From assembly GCA_947462765.1 (NCBI GenBank), contig CANHQK010000006.1, positions 3,616-67,615 on the forward strand: a stretch of DNA of 64,000 nt, given 5' to 3'. This DNA is from Bdellovibrionales bacterium. GTDB lineage: Bacteria; Bdellovibrionota; UBA1018; CAIMNF01. Numbering within the stretch: position 1 is the stretch's first letter; each line of letters starts with the position of its first letter. The position numbers were made by a program, and so were the translations under genes. The notes beneath the pieces are model-generated. The model was given only the letters and a program-made list of their open reading frames with translations. It was not told the origin of the DNA and searched no databases. Shown in pieces: positions 42,062 to 51,498 of this stretch.

Positions 42062-42109
42062 GTTACCAAACCTCCCTCCCCCCGTCAAGGATATGGTACG
42101 ATTCCCAGC

Positions 42110-42802
42110 ATGGGAAAACTGGTGATCCTCCGCCACGGAGAAAGTCAATGGAACTTGGAAAACCGCTTCACAGGCTGGGTGGATGTGGATCTATCCGCCA
42201 AAGGCGTTGAAGAAGCCAAAGAAGCAGGTCGAGCACTCCGCTCCCTGGATCTCGAGTTCCATCACACCTATACCTCGGTGCTGAAGCGGGCGATCCGAAC
42301 CCATTTTCTCGCTCTCGAATCCATGGACCGCCTTTGGTACCCGGTGACCCGCTCGTGGCGCTTCAACGAGCGTCACTACGGAAGCCTCCAAGGCCTCAAC
42401 AAGGAAGAAACCGCGAGACAATACGGAGAAGCCCAAGTCAAAATTTGGAGACGCTCCTACGAAACCCTTCCCCCGATGCTGGAGCCCGGGTCCCCGATGA
42501 ACCCGGCGCTGGATCCGCGATACAAGCTATTGGGCCTGGAAAACCCTCCTTTGGCGGAGTCTCTCAAAACCACCATCGAACGGGTCATGCCGGTCTGGAA
42601 TGAAGAACTGGCACCCCGACTATCACGGGATCAGAACTTGCTGATTGTTGCCCACGGCAACAGTCTCCGCGGACTGGTGAAACACATCAAAAAACTCTCT
42701 CCAGAAGAGGTGCTCGAGCTGAACATCCCCACGGGGAAACCGTGGATCTTCGAGTTCGACACCTCGCTCGGACTGAAACACGACGCCTATCTGGGATCCT
42801 GA
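42110..42802 (+). CDS. gpmA: 2,3-BPG-dependent phosphoglycerate mutase
   Basis: LRHGESQWN, RFTGW, NERHYG, WRRSY, AHGNSLR. Confidence 0.96.
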   Translation: MGKLVILRHGESQWNLENRFTGWVDVDLSAKGVEEAKEAGRALRSLDLEFHHTYTSVLKRAIRTHFLALESMDRLWYPVTRSWRFNERHYGSLQGLNKEETARQYGEAQVKIWRRSYETLPPMLEPGSPMNPALDPRYKLLGLENPPLAESLKTTIERVMPVWNEELAPRLSRDQNLLIVAHGNSLRGLVKHIKKLSPEEVLELNIPTGKPWIFEFDTSLGLKHDAYLGS

Positions 42803-42835
42803 AAAAAAAAGGGGACAGGGCAGCGCCCCGTCCCC
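42802..42835 (-). terminator. Intrinsic terminator of the caa3 oxidase operon
   Basis: GGGGAC.GGGC...GCCC.GTCCCC stem plus T9 on the minus strand. Confidence 0.8.
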
Positions 42836-42855
42836 CAAATCATTTCAAGAGACCC

Positions 42856-43647
42856 TTATTTTCCCTGGCTGATCTGATCGATGGCCAGATCGACCGGGAT
42901 CGACTTCTCACCGGAACCGCCACCATCGGCCTTGGTCGGATCAATGCCGATCTTCTTCAGATCGTCGGATCCATCCTTCTCTCCCTCGTGTGGACCGAGG
43001 GTCCGCACATAGTGAGCCAGGGCCCAGCGATCATCCGGAGGCAGCGTCCCGAAAGCGGGCATCTGGTTCAAACCCTTGGTGAGGGTGTTGTAGATCTGGC
43101 TCGGTTTACGACCCGCCTTCCATCCATCTCCGACCTTGAAGTTACGGGGCTTCGGGTTCAATCCGGCAGCAGCCACACCGTCTCCGCCCCCTTCAGCGCC
43201 GTGACAGGAAACGCATTGGGCAGCGAAGAGCTCCTTACCGGCCGAGACCAATTCTGGATTGGAAACCCAAGCCTTATCGAACTTGGACTTCGTTGAAGCG
43301 GCGACCGCCCCATCCGGAATGATCTTTTTCATGTCCTTCACATAAACATCCCCACGGGTGAGCAAGTCACCGAAGGTGAGGATCATGAAGATCGCCATGA
43401 AAATGAGGGAGGTCGAGAAAATGACCGTATTTTCTTTATGGTCGTACTTGAGCCCCATGAAGAACATACAGACCAGGGAGGCCTTGATCGAGGCCACCAA
43501 CATGGCAACCGCGAAATTGAAAACCCCGAGATCGACCTGGGCGATGGCAACCGTGACAACAGTCAGGAAGATCAGGGCTCCGAAGACCCTCCAGGCCAGG
43601 GAATTAGAAAGGATATGATGACTATGGTGTTGATGTTGATCTGACAT
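42856..43647 (-). CDS. Cytochrome c oxidase subunit IV fused to a monoheme cytochrome c
   Basis: 3 TM with KASLVCMFFMGLK (subunit IV motif), then CVSCH, PKPRNF, MPAF, DRWALAHYV. Confidence 0.88.
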   Translation of the reverse strand: MSDQHQHHSHHILSNSLAWRVFGALIFLTVVTVAIAQVDLGVFNFAVAMLVASIKASLVCMFFMGLKYDHKENTVIFSTSLIFMAIFMILTFGDLLTRGDVYVKDMKKIIPDGAVAASTKSKFDKAWVSNPELVSAGKELFAAQCVSCHGAEGGGDGVAAAGLNPKPRNFKVGDGWKAGRKPSQIYNTLTKGLNQMPAFGTLPPDDRWALAHYVRTLGPHEGEKDGSDDLKKIGIDPTKADGGGSGEKSIPVDLAIDQISQGK

Positions 43648-43662
43648 ATTCTATTCCTCTCC

Positions 43663-44322
43663 TCAGCTCACCAGGTACAACAACGGGAACAAGTAAATCC
43701 AAACCAAGTCCACGAAGTGCCAGTAAAGTCCGGTCATCTCGACCGGGGTGAAATAATTCGGACCGAACTCATTACGCGATGCCCGGCGGATCAGCCAGTA
43801 AATCACGCCCATCCCGATGATCACGTGCAATCCGTGAATTCCGGTCATGACGAAATAAACCGAGAAGAACAGCGGAGCTTTGGCAACGCTCAACTCCTGG
43901 TAAGCGTAAAGCTTGCCTGGAAGAATCGCCTCATGGATCTTATGCGAATACTCGAAGTACTTCACCACCAGGAACCCGCCTGCGAACAGGAGGGTGATCC
44001 AGAGGTTACGGATGATCTTCTCGCGCTCACCCTTCTGGGCGGCGGTCACCGCCAGAGCCATGGATAGCGAACTGCTGATCAGAATCACGGTATTGAGCGC
44101 ACCCATCTTCCAATTCAGCAGCTGATGAACATCTTTCATCATCTGCGGATAGAAAACGCGGAGCACGGCGTAGGCCATGAACATGCCGGCGAAGAAGAGA
44201 ACCTCGGTTACGAGGAAAATCCACATCCCCTGCTTACATGCCTCGAATTCTTCCATGCCCGTCTTGAAGTGATGGGCATGGTGACGTTCATAATGCGGTA
44301 CTGAACCGGTTGCTTGAGCCAT
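43663..44322 (-). CDS. ctaE: Cytochrome c oxidase subunit III
   Basis: GMWIFLVTEVLFF, TGIHGLHV, GLYWHFVDLVW. Confidence 0.93.
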   Translation of the reverse strand: MAQATGSVPHYERHHAHHFKTGMEEFEACKQGMWIFLVTEVLFFAGMFMAYAVLRVFYPQMMKDVHQLLNWKMGALNTVILISSSLSMALAVTAAQKGEREKIIRNLWITLLFAGGFLVVKYFEYSHKIHEAILPGKLYAYQELSVAKAPLFFSVYFVMTGIHGLHVIIGMGVIYWLIRRASRNEFGPNYFTPVEMTGLYWHFVDLVWIYLFPLLYLVS

Positions 44323-44336
44323 GTTTTTTTCCTTTC

Positions 44337-45959
44337 TTAGGCGTTATCGCCCATCAAAGCTTTTTCGCCACGGTACTCATAAGGACCATCGGTCACGACG
44401 GGCTCCACGAGGAAATTCTCATGCGGAGGGGGCGAGGCGGTCATCCACTCGAGAGTAAGCGCACCCCAGGGGTTCGGACCGGAAGCACGTCCGGACTTCA
44501 GCCCGCGAGCCAGGTTCCACGCCACAATCAGGAATCCGAGACCGAGGATCCAGGAGCCCATGGTGGAAATCCGGTTCAGAGTGGTCAGCTGTGGAAGATA
44601 GTCCGCATACCGGCGAGGCATTCCAAGCACGCCCAGGATGAACTGCGGGAAGAAGGTCACGTTGAAGCCGACCATGATCATCCAGGAAGCCAGACGAGCC
44701 GGCCCTTCGGAATACATCTTTCCGCTGAACTTCGGAAACCAGTAGTGCAGACCAGCAAGGAATGCCAGCAGCGTTCCGCCCACCATCACGTAGTGGAAGT
44801 GTGCCACCACGAAATAAGTAGCCGTCAGGTGCACGTCAACCGATACCACGGCAAGGAACACACCAGTCAAACCACCGATCGTGAAAACGAACAGGAAGCC
44901 CATCGCATACAACATCGGCGTGTCGAAACGAAGGGAGCCCTTGTACATCGTACCGAGCCAGCTGAACACCTTCACGCCGGTCGGAACTGCCACGAGCATG
45001 GTCAGAAAAGAAAACACGAAGTTCGCGAAGTCAGACTGACCGCTCACAAACATGTGGTGTCCCCAAACCACGAACGACACCAGAGCGATCCCGAAGGTTG
45101 CTGCGGCAATCGCCTTGTAACCGAACACCGGCTTACGCGAGAAAGCGGGGATCACATCCGAAATCACACCCATCGCCGGAAGAACCATGATGTACACGGC
45201 CGGGTGGGAGTAAAACCAGAAGAAGTGCTGGAACAATACCGGATCACCTCCGAGAGTCGGGTCGAAGATCCCGATACCGATCAAACGCTCGAGCACGAGA
45301 AGCAGGAGTGTGATGGCCAGGACCGGAGTCGCCAGGACCTGAATGATCGAAGTGGCGTAGATCGCCCACAAGAACAGCGGCAACCGGTCCCAAGTGAGGC
45401 CTGGTGCGCGGAGCTTGTGGATGGTCACGATGAAATTCAGCCCGGTCAAGATCGAGCTGAACCCCATGATGAATGCCCCGAGAAGAACCAGCGTAGTGCT
45501 CGAACTGGTCTTGATCGAATAAGGCGCATAAAAGGTCCATCCGGTGTCGACACCCTTCAAAAACAGGGTGCTCGAAGCGATGGTGGCGCCCAGGATGTAG
45601 ACGTAGAAGGAGACCAAGTTCCAACGGGGGAACGCGACATCCTTTGCACCGATCTGCATCGGTAGAATGAAGTTACCGATCGCGGCAGGAATCAAGGGAA
45701 TGATCACCATGAAGACCATGATCGCACCGTGGTAGGTGAAGAACCGGTTGTACTGATCCATCGTCAGATACTGCATCCCGGGAGAGAACAGTTCCAAGCG
45801 AACCCCGAGAGCAAAAAGCCCTCCGAGCAGGAACATCCCGAGAATCACGAAAAGGTACATGAGACCGATTCGTTTGTGATCCAAAGTGAACAACCAGGAC
45901 TTCAGTCCGTGGGAGTGATTCAGATAGTTATCGCCATGTGCGCCAGTAGAGTGAGACAT
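44337..45959 (-). CDS. ctaD: Cytochrome c oxidase subunit I, type A2
   Basis: [21 protein letters not shown] (A2 YS motif), WGHH, HFH, MPRR. Confidence 0.97.
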   Translation of the reverse strand: MSHSTGAHGDNYLNHSHGLKSWLFTLDHKRIGLMYLFVILGMFLLGGLFALGVRLELFSPGMQYLTMDQYNRFFTYHGAIMVFMVIIPLIPAAIGNFILPMQIGAKDVAFPRWNLVSFYVYILGATIASSTLFLKGVDTGWTFYAPYSIKTSSSTTLVLLGAFIMGFSSILTGLNFIVTIHKLRAPGLTWDRLPLFLWAIYATSIIQVLATPVLAITLLLLVLERLIGIGIFDPTLGGDPVLFQHFFWFYSHPAVYIMVLPAMGVISDVIPAFSRKPVFGYKAIAAATFGIALVSFVVWGHHMFVSGQSDFANFVFSFLTMLVAVPTGVKVFSWLGTMYKGSLRFDTPMLYAMGFLFVFTIGGLTGVFLAVVSVDVHLTATYFVVAHFHYVMVGGTLLAFLAGLHYWFPKFSGKMYSEGPARLASWMIMVGFNVTFFPQFILGVLGMPRRYADYLPQLTTLNRISTMGSWILGLGFLIVAWNLARGLKSGRASGPNPWGALTLEWMTASPPPHENFLVEPVVTDGPYEYRGEKALMGDNA

Positions 45960-45977
45960 ATCGTCGTTCTCCTTCAA

Positions 45978-47051
45978 TTATTTCAAACTCTTGATGTATT
46001 CGATAATCGCCGCGAGCTCTTCCTCGTTCACGAGACCTTTGTAAGGAGGCATCGAGGGCGGATAGCCTTCAACCACCTTGGCCAGAGGATTCTCGATCGA
46101 CTCGCGAAGGTAATTGTCATCAACGGTGACGGTGATCGTTTTACCGCCTTCGACCACTTTCTCCTCACGACCGTAGAGACCCTTGTACGAAGGACCGACC
46201 AGCTTGGAGCCGTCCGAAGAGTGGCAGGCAATACAGCCCTTCGTCGAAGTGAGCGCCTTACCCTTGTCCGCAAGGCTCAGCTGACCGCCCGTAGTGGCTC
46301 CAGCTTGGGCTTCAGGCATCCCCTCTCCCAGGCGGTTCGCGCGGAAACCGGGGAAAGTCGGGTCTGCGGGCAAAGAGTCGACATCGATCTTTTTGCCGGA
46401 AAGCCAATCTTTCCACTGGGCATCACTCAATACGATCAAGCGCGCCAACATCCCGGAGTGGGAGGTGCCACAGTACTCGGTGCAATAAACCTGATGAATA
46501 CCGGGAACCTTGGCCTCAAACCAAACACTCGAGTACATCCCCGGAACCACGTCTTTTTTAACGCGGAAGTTAGGAATGAAAAAAGCGTGCAAAACATCTT
46601 CGGAGGACATGATCAGCTTAACGGGCTTGTTCGCAGGAACAAAAAGATCCCCGACACTGCTGGTGCCGTTCTTGTAAACGAATTGCCAGAGCCACTGCTT
46701 GCCGATCACCCGGACTTCCATCGCATCAGATGGAGCATGAATCATTTCTTTGTAAACCTGCCATCCCCACCCGAAACAAATGAAGAGGAGAATGGTCGGA
46801 ATCACCGTCCAGATGATTTCCAGAGGAGTGTTACCGTGGATGTACTTCGGCTTCTTGAATACACCGCTACGATACTTGATCGCAAAGATGAGCATGGCAG
46901 CCACAATCCCCACGAAGAATACGAGACTGAGGTAAACCAGGAACCAATAGATTCCGTCCCAACTCTGGGCCACGTCCGACGCTGCCACCGGAATGGTGGC
47001 GGCTTTTGCAGTTGAGGTGATGAAGAGCAAGCAAAGCAGCAGCTTGTTCAT
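45978..47051 (-). CDS. ctaC: Cytochrome c oxidase subunit II with fused cytochrome c (caa3 type)
   Basis: DVLH, CTEYCGTSHSGM CuA site, CIACH. Confidence 0.95.
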   Translation of the reverse strand: MNKLLLCLLFITSTAKAATIPVAASDVAQSWDGIYWFLVYLSLVFFVGIVAAMLIFAIKYRSGVFKKPKYIHGNTPLEIIWTVIPTILLFICFGWGWQVYKEMIHAPSDAMEVRVIGKQWLWQFVYKNGTSSVGDLFVPANKPVKLIMSSEDVLHAFFIPNFRVKKDVVPGMYSSVWFEAKVPGIHQVYCTEYCGTSHSGMLARLIVLSDAQWKDWLSGKKIDVDSLPADPTFPGFRANRLGEGMPEAQAGATTGGQLSLADKGKALTSTKGCIACHSSDGSKLVGPSYKGLYGREEKVVEGGKTITVTVDDNYLRESIENPLAKVVEGYPPSMPPYKGLVNEEELAAIIEYIKSLK

Positions 47052-47938
47052 TTCGTTTTTCCTTTCCTTTGTCTGGTCCAAAAGATGCTTAAATAAGAGC
47101 CCAGCAGGAGCGTTGTCAAAGCAGCGCCCAATTGCATCACCCTGAAAGCTTGGAGGGAATACCCCCGAGCAGAGGGCTCGTAGTGATAGCAAAACATGAG
47201 TAAACGATCCAAAACATTCCCGATCTTGCCCTTCGAAGCCTCGAGTAACGCAAGCTTGAGATCCTTGGGCTGATAGGTCACACCATAAAGATAACGGGAT
47301 ATGACTCCTTCGGGAGTCAGAACAAAAGTCACCGCAGAATGCGCATACTGTTTCTGAAACGAATCATATTTGAAATTGAAACCCACCTGCGAAGCGATTT
47401 TTTTGATCTGCTCCTCAGTGCCGGTAAGAAAGTGCCAACCCGACTTGGCTGCATCCACATCCCTCTTGGCCCCGTCGAAATACTCCTCGAGATAAGCCTC
47501 TTTCTTGGCCAGTGCCATCTGAGGAGACTCTTTGTGATTGATGCTGACGGTGACCATACGGAACTCTTTTCCGACGCTCCACTGGAGACCCTTGATCCCT
47601 TCGGTCACACCGTTCAAAACCATCGTGCACAACATCGGGCACTCGTAATAGACCAGATTGAGAATCACTGGCTTGCCACTCGTGAAGAACTCACCGAGCT
47701 TCTTTTGTTTACCATCGACGGAATCCGTAAGTTCGATTCCGGCCAAGTCCACCTTTTCGCCAAGATGTTCAGAAACCCCAACACCGTCGAGTTCTTGAGG
47801 AACTTTTTTCGGATCCCCTTTCAACTCGACTTGCGCGGGCTTTGCCGGCTGTGCGGAATCTGCACGCGAAGAGACCGGGCCCGCAAGACCCAGCAACAGG
47901 ACGCAAAAAATCGCATTTTTTCCAAAATGCAGCTTCAC
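47048..47938 (-). CDS. SCO/SenC copper chaperone
   Basis: YYECPMLC, YAHS, RYLYG; GTG 47938 gives a signal peptide. Confidence 0.9.
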   Translation of the reverse strand: MKLHFGKNAIFCVLLLGLAGPVSSRADSAQPAKPAQVELKGDPKKVPQELDGVGVSEHLGEKVDLAGIELTDSVDGKQKKLGEFFTSGKPVILNLVYYECPMLCTMVLNGVTEGIKGLQWSVGKEFRMVTVSINHKESPQMALAKKEAYLEEYFDGAKRDVDAAKSGWHFLTGTEEQIKKIASQVGFNFKYDSFQKQYAHSAVTFVLTPEGVISRYLYGVTYQPKDLKLALLEASKGKIGNVLDRLLMFCYHYEPSARGYSLQAFRVMQLGAALTTLLLGSYLSIFWTRQRKGKTK

Positions 47939-47999
47939 AAACCACCCTCTTCGTATGATGAATACCTTAACAGCAGGAACCGGATTCCGTAATAAAAAT

Positions 48000-48019
48000 A
48001 TGACACTACCATGACAAAA
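48000..48019 (-). promoter_or_regulatory. Candidate direct-repeat operator (ATGAC-N7-TGACAAA) upstream of the sco-cox operon
   Basis: Same motif at 57936-57955 upstream of actA. Confidence 0.45.
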
Positions 48020-48907
48020 ATTTTGGACCAGACCAAGGTCATTCTCAGGCTGACCAAAGCGGAAATCGTCCTGCTGGAGGCCATTACTCTTGCAGCTGGA
48101 TTCATGATCGGGCACCCTTTCGAACTTCCATTCGATTGGTCGAGATTCTTCTTGGCGTTGATCGGCGTCTCTTGCTTGGCCCTGGCTGCCGGCGCACTGA
48201 ATCAAATCCAAGAGAGGGAGCAGGACTCCCAAATGGATCGGACCCGGACACGACCCCTTCCAAGCGGACGGATCAGTCTCACCACTGCATGGACCCTGAC
48301 TCTTCTCTTGCTGGGCTTCGGAACCTTATTGCTCAGCTGGATTTCAGTAACCGTCCTACTTCTTGGCTGGGCAGCCGTCATCAGCTACAACGGACTCTAC
48401 ACTCTCTGGTGGAAGCGAAAGCTCGCTTTCGCCGCGATACCGGGAGCCATCCCCGGCGCCCTCCCGATTTGGATCGGATTTGTGGCAGCCAATGGTAGCC
48501 TCACGGACCTCAGGGGCTATTACCTCTTCGCCATACTCTTCTTCTGGCAAATGCCTCACTTCTGGGTTCTGGCGCTGAAATACTCCGAGGACTATCACCA
48601 AGGAGGCTTCCCCACCCTACCCGTGGCTCGAGGAACAGGGGTCACGCGTTTCCAAATCACCCTTTGGTGCCTGGCTTACGCCGCACTCGGCCTTCTTTCA
48701 CCCCTGTTTTTTCCAATCGGAATCCTGGGGTTGACCGGAAGCCTTCTGACCAGCACCTGGCTCATTTTCGAACTGATGCGCTTCCTTCATCACCCTGCTC
48801 AAAAAACCTGGCTCAGATTTTTCTTAAGCATCAACTTCAGCATGATGGTCTATCTCTTTGTGATCACAGCAGATCTCTGGTCGATCTGGCTCCATCCCCG
48901 ATCCTGA
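48011..48907 (+). CDS. ctaB: Protoheme IX farnesyltransferase (heme o synthase)
   Basis: ALNQIQEREQDSQMDRTRTRPLPSGRI, YTLWWKR, FWQMPHF. Confidence 0.93.
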   Translation: MTKILDQTKVILRLTKAEIVLLEAITLAAGFMIGHPFELPFDWSRFFLALIGVSCLALAAGALNQIQEREQDSQMDRTRTRPLPSGRISLTTAWTLTLLLLGFGTLLLSWISVTVLLLGWAAVISYNGLYTLWWKRKLAFAAIPGAIPGALPIWIGFVAANGSLTDLRGYYLFAILFFWQMPHFWVLALKYSEDYHQGGFPTLPVARGTGVTRFQITLWCLAYAALGLLSPLFFPIGILGLTGSLLTSTWLIFELMRFLHHPAQKTWLRFFLSINFSMMVYLFVITADLWSIWLHPRS

Positions 48908-48986
48908 CCCAACAACTTAAACCCTCGTTTTAACGGAGATTTTTGCTTATTGCGAAGTTGGCGCAACGCGTTATACTAATTGTATT

Positions 48987-49193
48987 ATGCTGTGCAAACA
49001 CGATTGGTCCCATGCGGGATATGACGCGGAAGAACTCTACTTTGAAAAACTCAACCGCGAGCTGATCAACCAACTGAAAGCGGAAAAAGAAGGTCGAAAG
49101 GACCCAGCCGGGAATGAACGCCCGCTGGCACAAGTCATCCCCTTTCCGAATCGTCGCTCCGTGACTCCGGAGCGCGATAAAAAAGCAGCTTAA
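48987..49193 (+). CDS. Small hypothetical protein with EE.YF..L..ELI..LK helix
   Basis: TATACT -10 upstream; fills the gap between ctaB and the OsmC-like gene. Confidence 0.65.
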   Translation: MLCKHDWSHAGYDAEELYFEKLNRELINQLKAEKEGRKDPAGNERPLAQVIPFPNRRSVTPERDKKAA

Positions 49194-49639
49194 GCGCTGG
49201 CCTCAAACTCGAAGGTTTTGCCCGTCTTAACTGAATTCAAAATCAGACAGGATTGACTTGTCTTCTCCAGAAGTCTGCGTGCACGCTCCGGATCCGGAGC
49301 CCCCTCCACACTGGCCGTTAGGTGAAAATGCTTCATCCAGGGGGAGCCCTTTTCATCCCGATCGACGACCAACTCACCCTTCAGTTTTACCGACTGAAAC
49401 ACCAATTGGGATTTCGACGCGATCACCCGGAACGTGGCCATGAAGCAGTTCAGGAGGGCTAAGGCATAAAAGTCTTCTGGAGAATACCCCCCTCCCGGAC
49501 CTTGGAACTCAGGTGGAATGGCTGCAATCAGATCCCGGTATTCCTCAGGCCGATGAGCGGGAACGCGCGTATTCCAAGTTGAATCGATACCGGACAGACC
49601 TTCCGCCGAAACTGAGAACTTGAGTGGATATTGAACCAT
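49190..49639 (-). CDS. OsmC/Ohr family protein
   Basis: PPEFQGPG..YSPED, LNCF, QSCLILNS. Confidence 0.88.
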   Translation of the reverse strand: MVQYPLKFSVSAEGLSGIDSTWNTRVPAHRPEEYRDLIAAIPPEFQGPGGGYSPEDFYALALLNCFMATFRVIASKSQLVFQSVKLKGELVVDRDEKGSPWMKHFHLTASVEGAPDPERARRLLEKTSQSCLILNSVKTGKTFEFEASA

Positions 49640-49696
49640 AATTGAGCCTCCGAACGCTGACTTTCAGCGCGCGATAGTTTAAGATAGTATAAACTC

Positions 49697-50215
49697 ATGA
49701 AACGTCAATCCACAATGAGTCAAGTCAATCGACTCGCTGAGAAAATCGGGGTCTTCATCGAATACTGGGGATTCAAACGAATCCATGGGATGATCTGGAC
49801 CCACCTTTACCTCTCTCCGCGTCCAGTATCGGCTCAGGAGCTGATTGCCCGGCTCAAGGTCTCAAAAGCCCTGATCAGCCTTTCTTTGAAAGACCTGCAA
49901 CACTATGGCCTCATTCTTCAAACCGAAGACAGCCTGAACAAGAAGAACAAGTTTTACATAGCCAATCCTGATGTCTTCTCGGCCATCCGACAGGTCCTGG
50001 TCACACGTGAGCAGGAGCTGCTTAAAAAAACCCACGAAGAATACCATCTGCTCAAAACGCTCACGGAGTCAGGAGCGGATACGAACATGATCGAACTGGA
50101 AAGACTCGGATCACTCGGGCTGATGATCGGAGGGGCGGAGAGCACACTTCAGGCCATCCTGGCATTCTCGGAGATCCATCCGGAGCAACTCAAGAACATG
50201 TTCGACATCAAATAA
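49697..50215 (+). CDS. GbsR/MarR-family transcriptional regulator
   Basis: FIEYWGFKRIHGMIW, LKVSKALISLSLKDL. Confidence 0.88.
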   Translation: MKRQSTMSQVNRLAEKIGVFIEYWGFKRIHGMIWTHLYLSPRPVSAQELIARLKVSKALISLSLKDLQHYGLILQTEDSLNKKNKFYIANPDVFSAIRQVLVTREQELLKKTHEEYHLLKTLTESGADTNMIELERLGSLGLMIGGAESTLQAILAFSEIHPEQLKNMFDIK

Positions 50216-50217
50216 AA

Positions 50218-50246
50218 CAGGCACTGGAAGAATCCTCCAGTGCCTG
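50218..50246 (-). terminator. Terminator of the act operon (possibly bidirectional)
   Basis: 11-bp stem CAGGCACTGGA/TCCAGTGCCTG followed by TTTTATT on the minus strand. Confidence 0.8.
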
Positions 50247-50269
50247 ATCGTTGATTGACTGAACTCGAA

Positions 50270-51478
50270 TCAAATATGGTGATGGAACACGGAATCCGGA
50301 AGGTACGGATCCTTGATCGCGAGAACGTTGTTCTTCCGGTAGAAACGGCTGACCAGCAAACCGAACACACCGAAAAACCCGAGCCAGATACCGATATCGG
50401 CCAGGTGAAAGCGAGGCCCTGCTTCGAAAATCTGGGGCTGGATCATCCAGTTCAGATCGAAGTACTCGGTGATCAGAATCCAGCAAGCCGTCAAGAATAC
50501 GATCTCCTCGCTCCTTTTATTCCCGCGTGGGAGCAAAAGAAAGAACGGGAGCAGGAACTTACCCGCGAAGAGGGAAATGGTCCAAGGCGTCCAACCTTCA
50601 TTGAAGCGAAGCAAGAAATAGCCGGTCTCTTCTGGAAGGTTGGCGTACCAAATCAGCATGTACTGCGAAAACCCGGTGTAAGCCCAAAATACCGTAAACG
50701 CGAACATGAGCTTCGCAATGTCATGGATATGGTTCTCATTCACCACTTTGGACAAGTACCCGGAACGCTTCATCAGAATGACCACAATGGCCAACATCGC
50801 GAAGAATGTCTGGTAGGCACCCGCGAAAGTGTACACACCGAACATGGTCGAGAAGAAGTGCGGATCAAGGGACATGAGCTGATCGAAGGCACCCATTGAG
50901 AAGGTGATTGCGAAAAACACTAGGAACGCCACACCCCACTTACGATTGGTCTCGTAGGCCGCCTTGTAGTCAGCACCGTTATCCGTTTTCAAAGATGCAC
51001 CGACGATTTTGTTAGCAAAAAACGCCCATCCCAACACGGCAATGAGGGTCCGAATGCTAAAGAATGTCATATTAAGGTAGCCGAGCTTGCCCTCAATCAC
51101 ATGGTCTCCGTGCGTGTGGGCAGGATCAAGCCACATGAACAGGGATTTGGACCCGGCAAACACCAGCAAGGTCGACACAAGGATGAACGGGATGTAGGCG
51201 GTGAAGCCCTCTGCGATCCGGCGAACAGGAGCACTCCACATCGAGGTGGTCACCCATTGGATCACCACGAAGAAAAGTGCGGTCATCGAGATCGCCAGGA
51301 AATAAAAGTGCGAACGGAGAACGGCCGACCAAGCGTGCTTCTGGTCGATCGAAAACAGCACGAAAAACGAAACCAGTCCGAGCAGAATGAAAAACGAGAA
51401 CAGCCCGGTCATGAAACCGGAAGCCCTAAGGCGTCCGGGATTCTCAATCTTGTGATCCATCGCGTGTGCGTGTCCCAT
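50270..51478 (-). CDS. actF: Alternative complex III subunit ActF
   Basis: About 10 TM, MSLDPHFFSTMFG, HIHDIAKL, FSQYMLIWYANLPEE; operon position. Confidence 0.92.
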   Translation of the reverse strand: MGHAHAMDHKIENPGRLRASGFMTGLFSFFILLGLVSFFVLFSIDQKHAWSAVLRSHFYFLAISMTALFFVVIQWVTTSMWSAPVRRIAEGFTAYIPFILVSTLLVFAGSKSLFMWLDPAHTHGDHVIEGKLGYLNMTFFSIRTLIAVLGWAFFANKIVGASLKTDNGADYKAAYETNRKWGVAFLVFFAITFSMGAFDQLMSLDPHFFSTMFGVYTFAGAYQTFFAMLAIVVILMKRSGYLSKVVNENHIHDIAKLMFAFTVFWAYTGFSQYMLIWYANLPEETGYFLLRFNEGWTPWTISLFAGKFLLPFFLLLPRGNKRSEEIVFLTACWILITEYFDLNWMIQPQIFEAGPRFHLADIGIWLGFFGVFGLLVSRFYRKNNVLAIKDPYLPDSVFHHHI

Positions 51479-51498
51479 GCTTCTTTACCAATCCTTTC

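Noticed and set aside
47939-48232. ORF-track N-terminal extensions (SCO, coxII, prkA, ppk1 and others)
   Set aside because: They overlap neighbouring genes; downstream starts fit the RBS, signal peptides and domain boundaries better
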